64,000 nt of DNA from an uncultured bacterium (lineage in GTDB: Bacteria > Hydrothermota > UBA3072). The position numbers and the translations under genes are program-made. Below are positions 47,907-57,410 of this stretch, piece after piece (position 1 is the stretch's first letter; every line of letters begins with the position of its first letter). The notes under the pieces are model-generated. The model searched no databases. It was not told where the DNA came from and saw only the letters and a list, made by a program, of their open reading frames with translations. The stretch lies in contig CAZGHN010000005.1 in the NCBI GenBank assembly GCA_964525555.1, forward strand, positions 20,515 to 84,514, given 5' to 3'.

Positions 47907-47981
47907 AAAATTACACGGTTCTTTTATATTAAAGTTTTCCAGATTTAACCAAATTATCGTAAAATTTAAAGGGAGGAGAAA

Positions 47982-49946
47982 TTGAGTAACGAAGAAAAAA
48001 AAGACATAAGTGTTTTATTAGAGGAGAAAAGAGTGTTTAAACCCACGCAGGAATTCGTCGAGCAGACTAATGTCAAGAAATGGATGGATGCGCACGGTAT
48101 AAAAGACTTAGACGAATTGTTGGAAAAGTCGCAGGATTTAGAATGGTTTTGGGGAGAAATGGCAAAAGAATTGGTGGAATGGTATAAACCTTACGACAAA
48201 GTTCTCGAGTGGGATACTCCATATGCCAAATGGTTTGTTGGAGCGGAATACAATATCGTTCATGATGCTCTCGACAAACACGTAAAAACAGAAAGAAAAG
48301 ATAAAGTCGCCTACATTTTTGAAGGTGAGCCTGGGGACATAAAAAAATGGACTTATGGAGAGCTTTATGAGGAAGTTAACAAACTGGCTAACGCTTTGAA
48401 GACTTTAGGAGTTAAAAAGGGAGACAGAGTTGGGATATATCTTCCTATGCATGTAGAACTCCCAATAGCAATGATGGCGTGCGCAAAGATTGGAGCGATT
48501 CATTCTGTTGTTTTCTCAGGTTTCAGTTCCACGGCATTTGCAGACAGGCTTAATGATTGTGAAGCAAAAGTGGCTATTACCTGTGACTCTTTCTATAGGC
48601 GCGGGAAAAAAGTCCCTTTGAAAAAACAGGCTGACGAAGCCGTAAATGCTGCTCCTTCAGTTGAACATCTTATTGTCTATAAGCGTACAGGCGATGAAGT
48701 GCCCTGGAATGATGGAAAAGACCTATGGTGGGAAGAAATTACAAAGGACCAGTCGGCAGAGTGTGAAACAGAAAAGATGGATGCGAATGACCTTCTCTAC
48801 ATTTTATACACCTCCGGCACGACCGGAAAACCAAAAGGTATACAACATGTCCACGGTGGTTATGCTGTTGGTACAGCGCAAACACTCAGATGGGTATTCG
48901 ATTTAAAGGAAGATGATGTCTGGTGGTGCGCAGCTGATATAGGATGGGTAACGGGTCACAGTTATATAGTTTATGCTCCGTTAATTCTTGGTACAACTTC
49001 GATAATATATGAAGGTGCGCCGGCATTTCCCGAACCGGAGAGATGGTGGTCAATGGTAGAGAAGCATAAAGTAACAGTTCTCTACACATCTCCTACGGCT
49101 ATAAGAGCACATATGAGGCTTGGAGATGAACACCCCCAGAAATGCAACCTCGATTCGCTGCGACTTCTGGGAACAGTTGGTGAACCAATAAATCCTGAAG
49201 CCTGGATATGGTATCATAAATATATCGGCAGAGAAAAATGTCCTATAATGGACACCTGGTGGCAGACAGAAACCGGTCACTTTCTGATATCGCCTCTACC
49301 GATTACTCCGCTGAAGCCCGGGTCGGCAACAAAACCGCTCCCAGGTATTTCTGCGGCTGTTTATAATGAACAAGCCGAGCCGATTACAAATGCGGGCGGT
49401 AATTTAGTTATACTGAAACCATGGCCCGGCATGCTCCGAGGTCTTTATAAAGACCCGGAAAGATATAAAAATGTATACTGGAGTAAATTCCCTAATACTT
49501 ACCTAGCCGGTGACGTATCGAGGATGGATGAGGATGGTTATTTCTGGGTCCAGGGTAGGGCAGATGATGTCCTTAACGTTGCAGGACATAGAATCGGTAA
49601 TTCGGAAGTGGAATCTGCTTTAGTAAGTCATCCGAAAGTTGCTGAAGCAGCCGTTATCGGTAAACCTCATGAGTTAAAAGGTGAATCCATAACTGCTTTT
49701 GTAGTCTTAAAGAGGGGAACAGACCCTTCAGAAGAACTTAGAGCTGAGCTACGAGAGCATGTTGGAAAGGAAATCGGCAAAATTGCAAGACCTGACGAAA
49801 TAGGGTTTGTTAACGATGTTCCTAAGACACGTTCTGGTAAGATAATGCGAAGAATAATAAGAGCCAAGGCAATTGGAGAGAAAGTTGGGGATATTTCAAC
49901 ACTTGCTAATCCTGAAGCCGTGGATGGTATTGGTGAAGCCAAGTAA
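47982..49946 (+). CDS. acs: Acetate--CoA ligase (AMP-forming)
   Basis: [52 protein letters not shown]. Confidence 0.96.
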   Translation: MSNEEKKDISVLLEEKRVFKPTQEFVEQTNVKKWMDAHGIKDLDELLEKSQDLEWFWGEMAKELVEWYKPYDKVLEWDTPYAKWFVGAEYNIVHDALDKHVKTERKDKVAYIFEGEPGDIKKWTYGELYEEVNKLANALKTLGVKKGDRVGIYLPMHVELPIAMMACAKIGAIHSVVFSGFSSTAFADRLNDCEAKVAITCDSFYRRGKKVPLKKQADEAVNAAPSVEHLIVYKRTGDEVPWNDGKDLWWEEITKDQSAECETEKMDANDLLYILYTSGTTGKPKGIQHVHGGYAVGTAQTLRWVFDLKEDDVWWCAADIGWVTGHSYIVYAPLILGTTSIIYEGAPAFPEPERWWSMVEKHKVTVLYTSPTAIRAHMRLGDEHPQKCNLDSLRLLGTVGEPINPEAWIWYHKYIGREKCPIMDTWWQTETGHFLISPLPITPLKPGSATKPLPGISAAVYNEQAEPITNAGGNLVILKPWPGMLRGLYKDPERYKNVYWSKFPNTYLAGDVSRMDEDGYFWVQGRADDVLNVAGHRIGNSEVESALVSHPKVAEAAVIGKPHELKGESITAFVVLKRGTDPSEELRAELREHVGKEIGKIARPDEIGFVNDVPKTRSGKIMRRIIRAKAIGEKVGDISTLANPEAVDGIGEAK

Positions 49947-49975
49947 AAGATTATGAACCTAAAAGGAGGTTTTTG

Positions 49976-51205
49976 ATGGAGGAAGATAAAGTTTTTAACC
50001 GATGGTTGATAGTGGGAGCAGCAGTTCTGATTCAGCTTTGTCTTGGCGCGATTTATGCGTGGAGTGTATTTCGTATACCCCTGCAGCAATCGATTGCAAA
50101 TGGAGGATTGGGACTTTCTCCCAGTCAGGCAACACTCCCATTTTCTTTGGTTTTGATATCTTTTGCTATTGCAACAATAATCGGAGGAAGATGGCAGGAT
50201 AAGGCTGGACCAAGACTTGTCGCAACTGTTGGAGGAATTGTTTTAGGCGCAGGAATGCTAATAGCCGCTTTTTCCAGGTCATTTATCTTGCTTACTATTG
50301 GTTACGGTGTTATCTCAGGATTTGGGATAGGCTTTACTTACGTATGCCCCGTCGCAACCGGAATCAAGTGGTTTCCCGATAAAAGAGGTCTGATAACGGG
50401 TTTAAGTGTTGCCGGTTTCGGAGCCGGAGCCCTAATCGTGGCGCCGGTAGCTCGTGCCCTTATAGACGGAATGGGTGTTTTTTCGACTCTGGCAATTTTA
50501 GGTATAGTTTTTCTCGGTGTTATTGTGATTGGTTCACAAATTTTAAGAAATCCACCCGCGGGATGGAAGCCGGAAGGTTGGATTCCTCCGGAAAAAACAG
50601 AAAAGGCCAAACTGGATTTCGGACCGGGGGAGATGCTTTCCTCCCTGTCTTTTTATCTTGTCTGGATAATGTATTTCTTCGGTTGTATTGCCGGACTTAT
50701 GATTATAGCACAGACTTCACCCATAGGCCAAGAGCTTGTTGGGTTGACTCCCAAGGTTGCAGCGTTAGCGGTTGGAACACTTGCAATATTTAATGCAATA
50801 GGGAGAATTTTCTGGGGACGTCTGTCCGATATGTTGGGTAGAAAGAAAACACTCTTTCTTATGCTGGTTATAAATGGTATCGCGATACTTTTATACAACA
50901 TTATAGAGGTATTTCCTCTTTACTACTGGATAGGAATATACATCGTTGGATTATGTTTCGGCGGTTACCTGGCTCTATTCCCTGCAATTACTGCTGATTA
51001 TTACGGCACGAAGAATATCGGGATTAATTACGGTTTGGTTTTCACGGCTTACGGTGTTGGCGGACTTCTCGGTACGCTTTTTGCCCCGAGAGTGCTCGAG
51101 ATAACAAAAAGTTATTCGATGGCATTTACTGTTACCGGTATACTTTGTCTTTTGGGCGCAGTGATCGCTATTATTAGCAGACCACCGGGCGTAAAACAGA
51201 CTTAA
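49976..51205 (+). CDS. OFA-family (oxalate/formate antiporter-like) MFS transporter
   Basis: LG..YAWSVF, KWFPDKRGL.TG...AGFG.G, DYYG.KN.G.NYG..FTAYG; 12 TM. Confidence 0.92.
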   Translation: MEEDKVFNRWLIVGAAVLIQLCLGAIYAWSVFRIPLQQSIANGGLGLSPSQATLPFSLVLISFAIATIIGGRWQDKAGPRLVATVGGIVLGAGMLIAAFSRSFILLTIGYGVISGFGIGFTYVCPVATGIKWFPDKRGLITGLSVAGFGAGALIVAPVARALIDGMGVFSTLAILGIVFLGVIVIGSQILRNPPAGWKPEGWIPPEKTEKAKLDFGPGEMLSSLSFYLVWIMYFFGCIAGLMIIAQTSPIGQELVGLTPKVAALAVGTLAIFNAIGRIFWGRLSDMLGRKKTLFLMLVINGIAILLYNIIEVFPLYYWIGIYIVGLCFGGYLALFPAITADYYGTKNIGINYGLVFTAYGVGGLLGTLFAPRVLEITKSYSMAFTVTGILCLLGAVIAIISRPPGVKQT

Positions 51206-51229
51206 GAGTTTTTTCGATATATAAAATAT

Positions 51230-51262
51230 AAAAGAGGAGCAGAATTAACCTGCTCCTCTTTT
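51230..51262. terminator. Bidirectional intrinsic terminator
   Basis: aaaagaggagcag-N7-ctgctcctctttt perfect 13-bp inverted repeat between convergent genes. Confidence 0.88.
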
Positions 51263-51281
51263 CTTGAAAGGAAGGGGAATT

Positions 51282-51671
51282 TTATTTTTCCGATTTACTC
51301 TGGATTTTATAGTAGGCTACAAGAGCAGCCCCTATGAAAGTCAAAACAAAACCGGCCATTGTGAAGAAATATATACCCTCGTCTCTCATTTTATATGCGA
51401 AGAACGAACCTCCAATCACAAGGCCAAGACCGATTCCAAGATAGATCAATCCTTTTCTCAGGTAATCAAGCGGTGTAGCGGGTTGGGGTACCGGTTCCGG
51501 TGGCAGTTCCACTCCGGCTTCTATTGCTTTTAACCTTTCTTCCCTTTTTAATTTTTCTTTTTTATAATCTGTTGAAAAGACAAAGTAAAAAACGATAAAG
51601 ATTACAAAGATGGGGAATAATATAGCAACAAGCGGTATTACTAGACCTATTAGACCGGTTAGATTTCCCAT
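51282..51671 (-). CDS. DUF6249-like membrane protein
   Basis: TM, then ERLKAIEAG, then L..GLI..G.GLG and two TM; AGGAGG RBS. Confidence 0.75.
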   Translation of the reverse strand: MGNLTGLIGLVIPLVAILFPIFVIFIVFYFVFSTDYKKEKLKREERLKAIEAGVELPPEPVPQPATPLDYLRKGLIYLGIGLGLVIGGSFFAYKMRDEGIYFFTMAGFVLTFIGAALVAYYKIQSKSEK

Positions 51672-51685
51672 AATAGTCCTCCTTT

Positions 51686-51802
51686 TTATTTGTAATAGGA
51701 TACGGTTTCTGGGTTATAAATATCATAATTACCTAAATCATTTGATGGGTAGAATTTCTCTTCTAAGTGTTTGAATCTATATTTAAATTTATACTTTAAC
51801 AT
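51686..51802 (-). CDS. Putative 38-aa small protein (not in the ORF track)
   Basis: GGAGG-N7-ATG; MLKYKFKYRFKHLEEKFYPSNDLGNYDIYNPETVSYYK*; stop abuts the RBS of the DUF6249-like gene. Confidence 0.5.
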   Translation of the reverse strand: MLKYKFKYRFKHLEEKFYPSNDLGNYDIYNPETVSYYK

Positions 51803-51826
51803 TTTTAACCTCCGTTTATTCAGTTT

Positions 51827-51853
51827 GACGCAGGATAGCGAAAATTTGTTTCA
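51827..51853 (-). promoter_or_regulatory. Putative ECF sigma promoter
   Basis: Minus strand TGAAAC-N17-CGTC(AAA), resembling SigW/RpoE-type consensus. Confidence 0.5.
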
Positions 51854-51865
51854 AAAAAACAATAA

Positions 51866-52144
51866 ATTTACCATAGAGGGCACAAAGAAACAAAGAACAC
51901 AAAAAGACCACAGAGAAAAAAAGTTATTTTGTTTTTTTCAGCCCATCCCCAAAAAATTATTCTCACACAAAGACACGAAGACACAAAGTTTATTTTTTCT
52001 GTTATTTCTACTGCTAACTACTCCCTTCTCCCTACTCTCTATTTTTGTTTTTGACTGATGCCTGGCGACTAGTGACTGATGACTGGTTGATTATTCAACT
52101 GATCCGAAGGATCTATATTACTATTCAACGATCCAACCACCTAG
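51866..52144. repeat. Intergenic repeat mosaic
   Basis: accatagagggcacaaagaaacaaagaacacaaaaagaccacagag; ctcacacaaagacacgaagacacaaag; ctactgctaactactccc; tgactgatgcctggcgactagtgactgatgactg; inverted copy of 21724-21760 at 52093-52129. Confidence 0.82.
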
Positions 52145-52155
52145 CAAAAAAACCA

Positions 52156-52183
52156 TTGACTACCTGACGAAATTCAATATAAT
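52156..52183 (+). promoter_or_regulatory. sigma70-type promoter, probably giving a leaderless mRNA
   Basis: TTGACT-N16-TATAAT with 6 nt between it and the ATG; no SD. Confidence 0.65.
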
Positions 52184-52189
52184 TCTTTT

Positions 52190-52969
52190 ATGAGGAAATT
52201 TACTGTTTTTTTACTTCTATTTATTGTTTCGTGTGTAACTACAGGACCCGGAGGGAAAACCGACATAATATTGATTTCTACAGCAGAGGAAGTTGAAATC
52301 GGTCAGCAGGTCGCTTCGGACGTTGAATCCAAGGAAAAATTATTAAAAAACACGGCTGTACAGAATTATGTAAACGGAGTTGGACAAAAGATTGTCAGGG
52401 TGTGTGATAGAAGGGATATAGAGTATAAATTCAAGGTTATTGATAAGAAAGAAATAAATGCTTTTGCATGTCCAGGCGGCTATATTTACGTTTACTCCGG
52501 ATTGCTTGAAATTCTTGATAATGAAGCTCAACTTGCCGGAGTTTTATCTCATGAAGTGAGTCATCTTGTGGCACGGCATTCAATGAAAAAACTGCAGAAT
52601 ATATATGGATATTCAATACTTGCTCAAATTGCTCTTGGTGATAAGGCTGAAGGTGTTGCCGGTGATATTGTAAATGTAGCAGCAATGCTTATACTTCAGG
52701 GTTATAGCAGGGATAATGAGTTTGAAGCAGATAGATATGGAATTTTGTATGCGAAGAATGCAGGTTATAACCCTCAAGGTATGATTCAGATTTTTGAAAA
52801 ATTTAAAACAATGGAAGGGAATCCTCCGCCTGCAGTGTTGGGACTGCTTTCTTCTCATCCTCCTGCTGGAGATAGGATTAGTAAGGGTAAATCTGAGATA
52901 GGTAGGATCGGAGGCACATCTCAACCTTACTATACAGAAAATTACGCTAAAATAAAATCACAGTTATAA
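52190..52969 (+). CDS. M48 family zinc metalloprotease lipoprotein (BepA/LoiP-like)
   Basis: Lipobox IVSC; INAFA.PGG.I, HEVSH, YSR.NE.EAD, SSHP. Confidence 0.92.
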   Translation: MRKFTVFLLLFIVSCVTTGPGGKTDIILISTAEEVEIGQQVASDVESKEKLLKNTAVQNYVNGVGQKIVRVCDRRDIEYKFKVIDKKEINAFACPGGYIYVYSGLLEILDNEAQLAGVLSHEVSHLVARHSMKKLQNIYGYSILAQIALGDKAEGVAGDIVNVAAMLILQGYSRDNEFEADRYGILYAKNAGYNPQGMIQIFEKFKTMEGNPPPAVLGLLSSHPPAGDRISKGKSEIGRIGGTSQPYYTENYAKIKSQL

Positions 52970-53051
52970 AAATTACATTGTTGGCATTAAGTCCTTTTCG
53001 GTAATCATTCGCAAAAACAGAGAGTGTACGTTTATTAGAAAAGGAGGAATT

Positions 53052-54080
53052 ATGAAAAAGCTATTAGTTTTAGTACTTATGTCCTTTGTGCTTTTGGGTG
53101 ATGAGTGGGGTTTTATAAATAAGAAAGGCAGAATGGTAATTAAGCCTCAATTTGAAGAAGCAGAAAACTTTTCTGAAGGTATGGCCAGGGTTTTAGTTGA
53201 TGGCAAGTACGGGTATATAGATAGTAAAGGGGAGATAGTTATAAAGCCCCAATTCGTTGAGGCTTGGGATTTTTCTGAAGGGTTAGCCAGAGTGTTATCC
53301 GGAGGCAAGTATGGGTATATTAATAAAACAGGCAGATGGCTTATTCAACCAAAATTTAATAAAGCGGAAGATTTTTCGGAAGGGCTTGCCTGTGTAAGTG
53401 TTAGGATTGGCATGGTGAATATATATGGCTTTATCGATAATAGTGGAAGATGGGTTATAAGCCCTAAATTTTGGAAGGCGCTTGGTTTTTCTGAAGGTTT
53501 AGCGCCCATTAAGGATTCAATTAGTGGGAAATGGGGTTATATTAATAAGGAAGGTTCTGTAGTAATCAAATCTCAATATGATGAGGTTTGGCATTTTAAG
53601 GAAGGTTTAGCAGCTGTACCTAAATTTACAGAAGGATTTTTTGCCTATGGTTTTATAAATCAGGAGGGTAAGTGGAAAGTTAGACCTAATTTTGAAGAGG
53701 TTTGGGATTTCTCGGAAGGTTTAGCTGCGGTGTTGTTGAACGGTAAATACGGTTATATCGATGAGAATGGCAAAATTGTTATTGAGCCACAATATGGCGA
53801 AGCATGGAGTTTTTCTGGAGGTTTTGCTGCGGTTGAGTTGAATGGCAATTTTGGATACATTAATAATCAAGGGAAATGGATATTTAAACCAAAATTCGAA
53901 GAGGCAGGTGATTTTTCAGAGGGAATTGCCTTGGTAAGAAAAAACGATAAATATGGGTATGTAAGAATAGCTCGGTTTATTTTCTTAAAAATTAGAAGAT
54001 GGGTTGTTCGTCCTCAATTCGAGGCGGGTAGGGATTTTTCGGAGGGATTGGCAGCGGTTAAAGTAAAAGGAAACGATTAG
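53052..54080 (+). CDS. WG (KWG) repeat-containing secreted protein
   Basis: About 9 repeats of K(Y/W)G(Y/F)I...G..VI.P.F..A..FSEGLA.V; signal peptide. Confidence 0.92.
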   Translation: MKKLLVLVLMSFVLLGDEWGFINKKGRMVIKPQFEEAENFSEGMARVLVDGKYGYIDSKGEIVIKPQFVEAWDFSEGLARVLSGGKYGYINKTGRWLIQPKFNKAEDFSEGLACVSVRIGMVNIYGFIDNSGRWVISPKFWKALGFSEGLAPIKDSISGKWGYINKEGSVVIKSQYDEVWHFKEGLAAVPKFTEGFFAYGFINQEGKWKVRPNFEEVWDFSEGLAAVLLNGKYGYIDENGKIVIEPQYGEAWSFSGGFAAVELNGNFGYINNQGKWIFKPKFEEAGDFSEGIALVRKNDKYGYVRIARFIFLKIRRWVVRPQFEAGRDFSEGLAAVKVKGND

Positions 54081-54194
54081 ATAGTATATTGATTTGTTAA
54101 AATTAAGATTTTGGATTTAGCTATAAATTCATCGTTTTGTTGGGTTGTGGGATCGAAACTTAGAAAATCTGTAAATCATTACATCCTATCCTTA

Positions 54195-54923
54195 TTACTC
54201 TCCACAACTACAAAGATTAGAACATTTATTGATTGCTTCTGAGATGAATGCGTTGTCGGAATCAAGGACCATAGGTCTAATATTATTAAGTAATTCCATC
54301 TGATAATGGCTGCATTCTTTTACTTTTGATAATAAAAATGTAGATTTTTGGTCGGGAAGGCATTTGCAATATCCCATTGCGGCATGGGCTTCTCCAAGCA
54401 TGTCTTTTATCAATTCTCTATTTATTTCCTCGCCTTCTTTAAAAGTAAAGATAAAATCCTTTGTTCTTCTGTCAGCTCGTTTTATATGAAGCCTAGCTTT
54501 GCTCTCATGACGTATGGTTAGCGCAAGTTGTGCGTTTTCTCCAAAGCGTTTTACGGGGTAAAGAGTATCTCCGGGTAGACTGTAGGCGCTAAAGGAGAAA
54601 GACAATACAAGTGTAGAAGTAAAAATTAAGGCGGCAAATGCTATCCTTCGGACAGGAGGTTTTGTTATTAATGTTCTAAGAACGAAGAGAGGTTTTATTA
54701 TTGCGTTTTCTTCCTTATCCGACTTAATTTTAGCCATTGTTTTTTCAAATGCCATTATGTCGATTTCCGGTTTAGGAGTGTTATCAATGCCGCATGCAAG
54801 ACTTAACATCGGTTTTAGTTCTTCTGCGTATTCGGGATATTCTTTCAGGCAATCATCGATGTTTTTTCCTTCCCTGATTTCGCTGATTAAAAGATCCAGT
54901 ATATCTTCGATTCTTTTTTTCAT
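54195..54923 (-). CDS. DUF5667-type putative anti-sigma factor with Cys-rich C-terminus
   Basis: CL..YPEYAEEL N-terminus, TM, SLPGD.LY.VKR..E motif; overlaps the ECF stop. Confidence 0.75.
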   Translation of the reverse strand: MKKRIEDILDLLISEIREGKNIDDCLKEYPEYAEELKPMLSLACGIDNTPKPEIDIMAFEKTMAKIKSDKEENAIIKPLFVLRTLITKPPVRRIAFAALIFTSTLVLSFSFSAYSLPGDTLYPVKRFGENAQLALTIRHESKARLHIKRADRRTKDFIFTFKEGEEINRELIKDMLGEAHAAMGYCKCLPDQKSTFLLSKVKECSHYQMELLNNIRPMVLDSDNAFISEAINKCSNLCSCGE

Positions 54924-55495
54924 AAATCTACTCCACTTAAGTGTCCTCTCATAGTTTTTAACGCGCGAAACTGCAGAAGTTTTACTGCTCCTTCCGAGAT
55001 TCCGATTATTTTTGCTATTTCTCCATTTTTATAGCCTTCTATAAATTTGAGAATAATGACTTCTTTTTGTCTCTCTGTAAGAAATTTCATAGCCTTCTTT
55101 AGAGCCTCTTCGTTTAAAATCTGTTCTGTAAAATCTTTACGCCCGTTTGGAATATCTCCGGGCATTTCCTGTACACTTATTTTGCTTTTTCTAACCGAGT
55201 TCTTGCGGTAGAAGTCTATTACAGTATTTCTAGCAATTTTGTAAATCCAACTATTAAAATTTCCTTTTTGCCTTGGAAGGGCTTTTGCGATTTTCAATAT
55301 AACATCTCCCGTAAGATCTTCCGCTTCGGTTTTATTATTAATGCGATAATAAATAAATCTATATATCTTTGTATAAATATATGCGAATAACTTTTCTTTG
55401 TAAGTTTCATTACCTTTCTTTGCAAGAGCAACTATTTCAGATATTTCATTTTCTTTAATTTCTTCATTTTTTAATAAAGACGAATAAATATCCAT
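54920..55495 (-). CDS. ECF-family RNA polymerase sigma factor
   Basis: AEDLT..V, F.SWIYKIARN..IDFYRK, L...QKEVI.L.F.EG....EIA.....SEGAVK....RA; start uncertain (55495 ATG or 55528 TTG). Confidence 0.93.
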   Translation of the reverse strand: MDIYSSLLKNEEIKENEISEIVALAKKGNETYKEKLFAYIYTKIYRFIYYRINNKTEAEDLTGDVILKIAKALPRQKGNFNSWIYKIARNTVIDFYRKNSVRKSKISVQEMPGDIPNGRKDFTEQILNEEALKKAMKFLTERQKEVIILKFIEGYKNGEIAKIIGISEGAVKLLQFRALKTMRGHLSGVDL

Positions 55496-55587
55496 AATGT
55501 TACGAACTAATATAACGGTTTTTTCCAAAAAATCAAAGGAAATTTAGAGATTAATTTGATTTTATTTAAGTCTTCTAGTATTTTGGG

Positions 55588-55617
55588 ATAAATGGGCAGG
55601 TTTTAACGGCCTGCCCA
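55588..55617 (-). terminator. Probable terminator after arsM
   Basis: tgggcagg-N9-cctgccca hairpin with a short T-tail on the minus strand. Confidence 0.55.
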
Positions 55618-55672
55618 ATCTCTACGGAAATTAACAAGCTTATATTAGAGTTTTTTAAAATTGTTACCAAAA

Positions 55673-56500
55673 TCAGGTCTTTTGACCGTAAACACTTATG
55701 CTCAAGATAGATTTTTCGAAGCTTTTTATTTCCTCTGGGGTGATTCCCGACTCTTCGATAATTGCTTTAGCGGTTGGATCTTTTTCGACATGTTTTAAAG
55801 GCATTACGACTTCCTGTTCTATTCTTACGTTCTCAAAGCCCGCTTTTTTTATAACCGCAATGTATTTCTCTTTTAACATTGCTCCAGCAAGGCAGCCTAC
55901 GTGCGCAGAAATAGATTTTTTTATTTTCACTGGCAGCTCTTCTTCGAGAACTATATCCGAAACCATCATTCTTCCTCCGGGCTTTAATACCCTGAATGCT
56001 TCGCTAAATACTCTTTCTTTGTCCGAGGATAAATTGATAACACAATTTGATATAATTAAATCTATTGAATTGTCGGCAACTGGCAAATTCTCGATTTCCC
56101 CCAATCTGAATTCGACATTGCCGAAATTCTCCTCCTTTGCATTTTCTCTGGCTTTTTCGATCATCTCGGGAGTCATATCCACACCTATAACTCGGCCATT
56201 ATCTCCAACTTTCTCCGCAGCCAAAAAGCAGTCGAATCCTCCTCCCGCTCCGAGATCCAATACTGTTTCGCCTTTCTTAATAGATGCCAACGCAGTCGGA
56301 TTACCACACCCAAGTCCCATATTTGAACCTTCGGGGACCGAATTGATTTCTTCTTCGCTGTATCCTATTCCCTTACTTATAGTAACTGCCCGGTTTGAAT
56401 CCGTACAGCAGGAAGTAATCTGACCGCAGCAAGAGCTATTCTCCCGGGCTATTTTAGCATATCCTTCTCTTATTTTATTTCTTATATATCTTTCTTCCAT
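55673..56500 (-). CDS. arsM: Arsenite S-adenosylmethyltransferase
   Basis: SCCG, GLGCGNP, VLDLGAGGG.D, GVDMT.EM, SNCVINL, GC.AGA. Confidence 0.95.
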   Translation of the reverse strand: MEERYIRNKIREGYAKIARENSSCCGQITSCCTDSNRAVTISKGIGYSEEEINSVPEGSNMGLGCGNPTALASIKKGETVLDLGAGGGFDCFLAAEKVGDNGRVIGVDMTPEMIEKARENAKEENFGNVEFRLGEIENLPVADNSIDLIISNCVINLSSDKERVFSEAFRVLKPGGRMMVSDIVLEEELPVKIKKSISAHVGCLAGAMLKEKYIAVIKKAGFENVRIEQEVVMPLKHVEKDPTAKAIIEESGITPEEIKSFEKSILSISVYGQKT

Positions 56501-56514
56501 TTTTCCCTCCGCAG

Positions 56515-57036
56515 TTAATTTTTGTTTATTTTTATATCGATGTCTATTTTCTTAATTTGCGCAAGCTTGGCAACAAAGTATATAGCGCTTTCCACTGAGA
56601 TCTTTAAATGTTCTGCAATGGCTTTTATGTTGAGGCTTTTTTTGTTTTTTAAATGGCCTAGAATTTCTTCATTCACCTGCCCCACCCATTCTTCAAACAT
56701 TGAGTTTATTTCCGGAGTTACGATAGCCGTTATTTCCTTGCTCTGCTTTATAGATTGAATCATTTCCTTGCACATATCCATCGGGCTTTCTCCTTCATTT
56801 TCCCCATCACAAGGCGAACCTCCACTCATCATATGCTGCATCATACCCATCATTGGTCCACTTTCACCCATCATATGCTGCATCATTTTTGGCATCATAT
56901 CTTTTATTAAAGCACCTTTTTCCTCTTCTGTCATACCATCGAAGAATTTTTCCATCATATTTTCCATCATTTCCTTCCTTTCTTCGGGTGACATTTTATT
57001 CATCATTGAATCCATCATTTTGTCTTTTATACCCAT
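56515..57036 (-). CDS. Methionine-rich hypothetical protein
   Basis: N-terminal half dense in MM pairs with two Cys; C-terminal TPE...MFE.W and wHTH-like segment; GGAGG RBS. Confidence 0.8.
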   Translation of the reverse strand: MGIKDKMMDSMMNKMSPEERKEMMENMMEKFFDGMTEEEKGALIKDMMPKMMQHMMGESGPMMGMMQHMMSGGSPCDGENEGESPMDMCKEMIQSIKQSKEITAIVTPEINSMFEEWVGQVNEEILGHLKNKKSLNIKAIAEHLKISVESAIYFVAKLAQIKKIDIDIKINKN

Positions 57037-57048
57037 ATTAACCTCCGT

Positions 57049-57396
57049 TTAAAAATCCTTACACTGTTTATCCCACCAACTCGGACAGCAAAACATTCTC
57101 TTTTTCGTTTTAATGTCGCTTATGTAGTGAGCAATTTCACCAAATATACCAAGCGCATCAAGAAGTCTCCTGTCTTTCAATTGGTAGTATATAAATGGCC
57201 CATCTCTGGCTGTTTTGAGAATTTGCGCCTCCCTCAAAACTTTTAAATGATGCGAAACAAGGGGCTGAGACAATCCTGTTTTTTCGACTATCTCAGTTAC
57301 AGAACGTCTCTTATCCTGGATAAAATTTATTATTCTTAAGCGATTTGTCTCGCTTAACGTCTGAAAAAGCATCTCCAACTTCTCCACTTCACTCAT
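57049..57396 (-). CDS. arsR: ArsR/SmtB family repressor with C-terminal CC-x7-C
   Basis: F..L....RL.I, V.EI....LSQPLVSHHL..L; first gene of the arsM operon. Confidence 0.88.
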   Translation of the reverse strand: MSEVEKLEMLFQTLSETNRLRIINFIQDKRRSVTEIVEKTGLSQPLVSHHLKVLREAQILKTARDGPFIYYQLKDRRLLDALGIFGEIAHYISDIKTKKRMFCCPSWWDKQCKDF

Positions 57397-57410
57397 ATAA
57401 GCCCTCCTTT

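Noticed and set aside
12725-52058. Short intergenic ORFs 12725-12925, 18257-18469, 24417-24614, 32276-32458, 34714-34953 and 51771-52058
   Set aside because: They are translations of the repeat mosaics (SAFICV, LCVLCVSV, SVISVV) or gene shadows, without credible RBS; likely spurious
2159-52144. Intergenic repeats as CRISPR arrays
   Set aside because: No constant 23-47 bp repeat alternating with unique equal-length spacers, and no cas genes
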